Source: an uncultured virus (IMG/VR IMGVR_UViG_3300021399_000146) (lineage: Duplodnaviria > Heunggongvirae > Uroviricota > Caudoviricetes). From it: a stretch of 20,000 nt of DNA. Made by a program: the position numbers and the translations under genes. How positions within the stretch are numbered: position 1 is the first letter of the stretch; each line of letters begins with the position of its first letter. The notes beneath the pieces are model-generated. The model was not told the DNA's origin, searched no databases, and saw only the letters and a list, made by a program, of their open reading frames with translations. Positions 15,602 through 20,000 of this stretch are shown here, piece after piece. The stretch is taken from IMG/VR virus record IMGVR_UViG_3300021399_000146, one strand, 5' to 3'.

Positions 15602-16369
15602 TCATTCAACTCTATCGAGCGCGTTGGATAAGCGTATATTCTCAAAACGGTCTCTTACTTCTTCAGCCTTACCACAGGTCATTTTTCCTTCACTGCATTT
15701 ACCTGTAACGGCACATGATGGACCGGCATGCCTAAATATATCTGGTGCTACATTCTCACAGAGTTTATACATTTCTATTGCTAAATCTCTTATTTCCCAC
15801 TGCGCTCTATTACAGCAGCGGAGTTTGAAGAAGTTGAATAATGAACGAACATTCATTGTTACAATGATAGATGTTTGACATGCATTCGGAAGAACCATAC
15901 GAGCATCCTCATTCGCTTTCTTTTCAGCAGCTTTCTGATCCATGCCCTGATTGATAAAGTCTTCTATCAAACAGCCTCTGATGCTTTCATAGTCAACCTG
16001 AATAGAAGCCATCAGATATTCATATGCCTGTAATGCCGCTGGACAATTCTTGATACTCTCGGGGATAACATAGTCAAACTGTGTCTCATCAACATAACGC
16101 TGAGACTTCTGAGAGTAAGAAGCGATACGATGACGAACCAGTTGGTGTGAACATGCCCTCGAGATACCTTCAATTGCAAAGGTAAATGTTACATGCTCTA
16201 TTGGTGATTCATGACCAAGCTCAAACAGCATGTTCAAGAACTTCTCCGTCTTCTCAGGGGTGAGTCCTTCCTGAAGAGACTCGATGTCTGAAGAAGAATA
16301 ACACAGCTTTGCGGCTGTTGCTATTACTTTCTCTGGGTCGGGTGTGTGTGCAATAAGCTTAACTTTCAT
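15602..16369 (-). CDS. thyX: FAD-dependent thymidylate synthase
   Basis: GHESPIEH, SRACSHQLVRHRIASYSQKSQRY ThyX signature, AQWEIR. Confidence 0.96.
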   Translation of the reverse strand: MKVKLIAHTPDPEKVIATAAKLCYSSSDIESLQEGLTPEKTEKFLNMLFELGHESPIEHVTFTFAIEGISRACSHQLVRHRIASYSQKSQRYVDETQFDYVIPESIKNCPAALQAYEYLMASIQVDYESIRGCLIEDFINQGMDQKAAEKKANEDARMVLPNACQTSIIVTMNVRSLFNFFKLRCCNRAQWEIRDLAIEMYKLCENVAPDIFRHAGPSCAVTGKCSEGKMTCGKAEEVRDRFENIRLSNALDRVE

Positions 16370-17784
16370 TTCTTTTCCTCCATATAATCATAGTCTTTTA
16401 AAAATATTCCATACAAAGCAAGTTTATCAACAAGCTCCTTTATGGATTTTTTACCAAGGTTTCTGACATTCAACAGTTGTGAATACTGTAATGTCGACAA
16501 TGTTGCTACATCATTTATACCTGCACGGTATAATGCGTTGTAGGTTCTTATTGACAAATTCATATCTTCCAATGTGGCCGGTATAAACAGTTTTACATCA
16601 CCCGTTTTTGCAACACGTAACTCCTGGTTTGTTTTAATCAAACCTTTTTCATATCCACACATGAGAATGTTATACATCAATGGGTTATCTGATATATATG
16701 AATAAATATCAGGAAGTGTTGCACCAACTGATGCAGGAATTATCAGATTTGCAACAGCATAGAATTCATCAGATGGTCCTCTGAATAGTTCTTCAATTAC
16801 GGGATCACCAACATTATCAGTTACCAGTCTAAAACCATTGGTTATCAGTTTTCCGTACTTTGCAGCATTGCGTAATGTATGCAATGCTTTTACATAAATT
16901 TGCTGTAATCTTCCTGCTGACGGATAACCATGATGTGCTTCACGTATAGCTGTTAAAGATTTCCCATCGACGAATTTTTCTTTTATAATTATGAACTCCC
17001 GTTCATTGAGTAACCTCCTACAGTTAAAAAGGATCACCTTTGATAGACTTTGTTCATGATTAATTATAAACTCGGTATCTGTTATGTTTTCATTTTTTAT
17101 AAATGTATCAATGAACGTGTCGCTTGTGAAAACATTTGATTGTATTAAATTATCACTGTACATTGCTCTTATTACATTCCATGGGAAATACGAAACTAAC
17201 GGAAATTTGATTTTGTCGTTAGTGATCACACGTAATGCATCTACGATATGCCTATACTGACACCATCCTGCTGCACCATGTTTGAGTTGATATTTAATAG
17301 CAAACATTTTGAAGTCATCTATTGTATGTACGTTGTTATAGTTGAGCTCCCGTATGGTTCCTTTCATTCTTGCATTACACATGATCTGGTTAATATGATT
17401 TATATTTGGATTCGTATACTCGGGTTGATTAAATACCCTTCTTGATATGTTCATATGTATTTTTTCAACATTTCTAAAGCTGACTACATACAAAAGAGGA
17501 TATTCTTCCATATACGAATCCTTGATTGAAGGATTTGTCATACCGAAGTAATACTTCATTAAATATGCAACAACTTCGTCTGAATTATAACCCGAATCCC
17601 ATAGAGACTGGCTTATTGCATCATATATCTTTTCAAGATCGAAGTTATCGATATTTTCCCCATATAAATTTATGAGGTCACGGTCATTCAGTGTCTTGAT
17701 GAACTCATCGACAGTAGTCGTTTGGTTTAACCCGAAAATGTTCTTACTGATATTATCAGCCATTTTTGTTAAATTGAATTTCAT
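16366..17784 (-). CDS. protein with sigma70 region-4-like HTH and C-terminal RNA polymerase alpha-CTD-like domain
   Basis: LNEREFIIIKEKF.DGKSL.AI......S.GRLQQI..KAL..LR; LEDMNLSIRTYNALYRAGI.....L......L..VRNLGKKSIKEL. Confidence 0.75.
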   Translation of the reverse strand: MKFNLTKMADNISKNIFGLNQTTTVDEFIKTLNDRDLINLYGENIDNFDLEKIYDAISQSLWDSGYNSDEVVAYLMKYYFGMTNPSIKDSYMEEYPLLYVVSFRNVEKIHMNISRRVFNQPEYTNPNINHINQIMCNARMKGTIRELNYNNVHTIDDFKMFAIKYQLKHGAAGWCQYRHIVDALRVITNDKIKFPLVSYFPWNVIRAMYSDNLIQSNVFTSDTFIDTFIKNENITDTEFIINHEQSLSKVILFNCRRLLNEREFIIIKEKFVDGKSLTAIREAHHGYPSAGRLQQIYVKALHTLRNAAKYGKLITNGFRLVTDNVGDPVIEELFRGPSDEFYAVANLIIPASVGATLPDIYSYISDNPLMYNILMCGYEKGLIKTNQELRVAKTGDVKLFIPATLEDMNLSIRTYNALYRAGINDVATLSTLQYSQLLNVRNLGKKSIKELVDKLALYGIFLKDYDYMEEKK

Positions 17785-17841
17785 TTCTTTTTCCTCCAGT
17801 TTATTTTTATATGATGATCATTGTTTATTATATACTGATCA

Positions 17842-17860
17842 TCATATAAATAATATACAT
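17842..17860 (-). promoter_or_regulatory. putative phage promoter motif copy 4 (ATGTATATTATTTATATGA)
   Basis: Consensus match directly downstream of a terminator. Confidence 0.65.
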
Positions 17861-17871
17861 ATGAAAATAAT

Positions 17872-17903
17872 AAAAAAAAAATACGGGGCATTATGCCCCG
17901 TAT
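17872..17903 (-). terminator. intrinsic terminator
   Basis: ATACGGGGCA-TAA-TGCCCCGTAT plus T run on the minus strand. Confidence 0.85.
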
Positions 17904-17917
17904 ATTATTCTTCTTTA

Positions 17918-18079
17918 TCACAATGCGAAGGGATCTATCGATGGATCATATGGAATGTCCGGTTTCTCAACTTTCGGTGCTGAGGCTTCTTTAATCGTTT
18001 TGATTAATTCGATGATGTTGAGATTCAAATTATGTAATTCGCTCTCAATACCTATCAATGTTTCACTTGTATCATTCAT
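17918..18079 (-). CDS. small hypothetical protein
   Basis: Start moved to ATG 18079 (RBS AAGGTGA); overlaps the upstream stop. Confidence 0.55.
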   Translation of the reverse strand: MNDTSETLIGIESELHNLNLNIIELIKTIKEASAPKVEKPDIPYDPSIDPFAL

Positions 18080-18425
18080 CAGTATCATCACCTTTACCAT
18101 ATATTTTTTTAGCGAGATCTTCTACCCCAGAATCAAAGTCAATCATCCTTTTTATTACAAAAGGATCAGCAGGTTGGTCCGGTTTTCGACATGTATAATA
18201 GTCATTCTTTTTGTCATTCTCTAACATACTGAAAACACCGATGATTATTCCGAATATTATTACGGCACCAACGAATTCGAGTACAAGAGATATATTAATG
18301 ACCCCATGTATCAATGCTGCGATGTTTCTATATCCGAGGACACCTATTACAAATATAAACTGTATTGCCAATATGGCACACACAGCAGTCAGAGTTGTTT
18401 TAACAAATGATTTCATTGTCTTCAT
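18072..18425 (-). CDS. membrane protein (2 TM)
   Basis: 117 aa with two hydrophobic helices; RBS GAGGAG. Confidence 0.7.
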   Translation of the reverse strand: MKTMKSFVKTTLTAVCAILAIQFIFVIGVLGYRNIAALIHGVINISLVLEFVGAVIIFGIIIGVFSMLENDKKNDYYTCRKPDQPADPFVIKRMIDFDSGVEDLAKKIYGKGDDTDE

Positions 18426-18699
18426 TCTCCTCTCTTATTCCCATTGGAACAATTGTAAACCTGTCTGTATCTTCAATATCAATTGTTATATGGTCCGGCA
18501 CCATGTTATCTCCTACTCGTGCGACAACGAAGAAATCCATGCGATTAGATAGCTTTGTCAAACCAAGATATATTGTAGGATATTGACCGAAAATTTTCTT
18601 TTCATTATCAAATATCATATATGCTTGACCTATCTTAAACGCAGAGGGGACAAATCTGCGTAACTGTACAACTTCCAAAAACTCTGGAGGAGTTTTCAT
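18400..18699 (-). CDS. hypothetical protein (paralog family module)
   Basis: 99 aa, FKIGQAYMI motif, RBS AAAGGA. Confidence 0.7.
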   Translation of the reverse strand: MKTPPEFLEVVQLRRFVPSAFKIGQAYMIFDNEKKIFGQYPTIYLGLTKLSNRMDFFVVARVGDNMVPDHITIDIEDTDRFTIVPMGIREENEDNEIIC

Positions 18700-18717
18700 T
18701 TTTAATCATCCTTTCCA

Positions 18718-19317
18718 TTAATAGACTTTACCTTGACCTTTCAGATAATCATATTCAACAGGTGGTTTCATATGGTCCTTCATGTTTCTCATACGATTCA
18801 TGTATGCATCAGGATCTTTATCACATTCAAGAATCTCTCCAATGTTCATTCTGATGATATGCTTTTCCTGACTGTCGGTTTCTTCATTATAATAGTGCAT
18901 GACATACAGGTAGTCATCTTCAGATGTCTGTTGAACGAAACTGATACGATCACATGCATGACCATGTTTACACTGCATTACATATGGAATCGTATTAACC
19001 TTATCAACATGCTCAAGATAATACTTGAAGTAATTATCATGTGTGAAGAACTTTGCGTCTAATGTGAGAATATCATACATACAACTCTCATCAGTATCGA
19101 GATTCTTAACAAGGAATTTGTATTTTTCATTAGTTCCTTTAAGCTCATATTGATTCTCTAAATAATCAACAACATAGAATGGTTGAAATGTTTCCTTATC
19201 AAATATGATGCGTTCATTGTTGTCCGGTTTGTCACTTTCTCTGTGATATAAGAATTCTGGCTCAAAGCAACGTATCAAACCACCCCAATATTGGGTTAAC
19301 TTGTCAATCAGATCCAT
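18718..19317 (-). CDS. hypothetical protein
   Basis: 199 aa, RBS AAGGAGG. Confidence 0.7.
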   Translation of the reverse strand: MDLIDKLTQYWGGLIRCFEPEFLYHRESDKPDNNERIIFDKETFQPFYVVDYLENQYELKGTNEKYKFLVKNLDTDESCMYDILTLDAKFFTHDNYFKYYLEHVDKVNTIPYVMQCKHGHACDRISFVQQTSEDDYLYVMHYYNEETDSQEKHIIRMNIGEILECDKDPDAYMNRMRNMKDHMKPPVEYDYLKGQGKVY

Positions 19318-19756
19318 GTTCAGCCTCCTTATATTCCTTTCTCAAATCCATGAGAATTATACCCAGCATGTTTTTACCCTTACCACCGGATACACCCCAG
19401 AACTTGTCATGCCATACATTACCTTCTATGAGACACCTGTCACCAGTGGCGATCAGCTTCTCTCTGATTTCCGGGTTTTGATCAAACTTGGCTTTGACAA
19501 CTTTTCTCATTATGTCAACCTTGACATCTTCCCAGTCCTCACGGAGTTTAACCTTTTTGCCCAGTTTCTTTGCAGCACCTGGTGTTAGTTGTGAAAACTC
19601 AAGTTTCGTCTTAGTGTCTTCGCATTTCTGTGCCTGAAACGCTGCTTCCGAATTCTTATAATCTATACCATCAAATGTTATATCACATAGATAGAAATTT
19701 GACAGGAAGAAGAATTCACCCCTGAACTCAGTTATTGCATCTTCATCAATTGTCAT
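19304..19756 (-). CDS. NADAR (YbiA-like) family hydrolase
   Basis: FLSNFY, SEAAFQAQK, AKKLGK, DWEDVK, KAKFDQN, LIEGN.WHD.FWG, GKNMLG.ILM motifs; start at 19756 by RBS GAGGAGG. Confidence 0.92.
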   Translation of the reverse strand: MTIDEDAITEFRGEFFFLSNFYLCDITFDGIDYKNSEAAFQAQKCEDTKTKLEFSQLTPGAAKKLGKKVKLREDWEDVKVDIMRKVVKAKFDQNPEIREKLIATGDRCLIEGNVWHDKFWGVSGGKGKNMLGIILMDLRKEYKEAEHGSD

Positions 19757-20000
19757 TTTGGTGTTCCTCCTCATTTTCTGTTATAACATCATATTTCGGT
19801 GAATCATCATCGTCATCATCGTCAGGTGAGGATGGTTCATTGAGAAATGATGGTTTCTCAACTTTATGAAGAATTTCTATTCCAACGATAACTTTGTTAT
19901 GTAATAAATCTCGTGCAAAGATGTTAATATTCCTGAGATTATCACCATCCGGAATAGTTATCATGATAAAATTTCGAGTGATATCGCATACAGTACCAGT
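19746..20000 (-). CDS. hypothetical protein (5' end outside window)
   Basis: Frame of ORF 19746-19964 stays open to 20000; acidic C-terminal tail. Confidence 0.6.
   Translation of the reverse strand, partial: TGTVCDITRNFIMITIPDGDNLRNINIFARDLLHNKVIVGIEILHKVEKPSFLNEPSSPDDDDDDDSPKYDVITENEEEHQNDN

Noticed and set aside
2468..19588. All other plus-strand ORFs and nested minus-strand ORFs
   Set aside because: They are shadows of longer, RBS-supported minus-strand genes or overlap the RNA island.

Overview
AT-rich, entirely minus-strand segment of a large (probably jumbo) bacteriophage, likely of a Firmicutes/Bacillota host (inference from SD-rich RBSs, ThyX and tRNA style). It encodes a RecA/UvsX-like recombinase (truncated by the window edge), an Mre11/SbcD nuclease, ThyX, a NADAR hydrolase, a sigma-region-4/alpha-CTD-like protein and many small hypothetical proteins. 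The centre (about 5.9-12.1 kb) is a Ro60/TROVE gene embedded in a large non-coding RNA island. The island holds 11 canonical tRNAs, 9 RNAs sharing a YrlA-type (bacterial Y RNA) module with invariant GCAG / TACTTC / TTCTY motifs, 3 further tRNA-like RNAs without that module, and at least 7 unassigned closed-stem RNAs. Most striking are three CCA-ended, non-permuted tRNA genes (anticodons GTA, GTT, AGG) that carry the Y-RNA module inside-out as a 61-68 nt insertion at the same site, tRNA position 28/29. Removing the insertion restores a perfect 5-bp anticodon stem in all three. A conserved promoter-like motif (AYRYATATTATT-N4-TGA) occurs four times, once upstream of a 17-codon peptide unit. All calls are from manual reading; no database searches were run.
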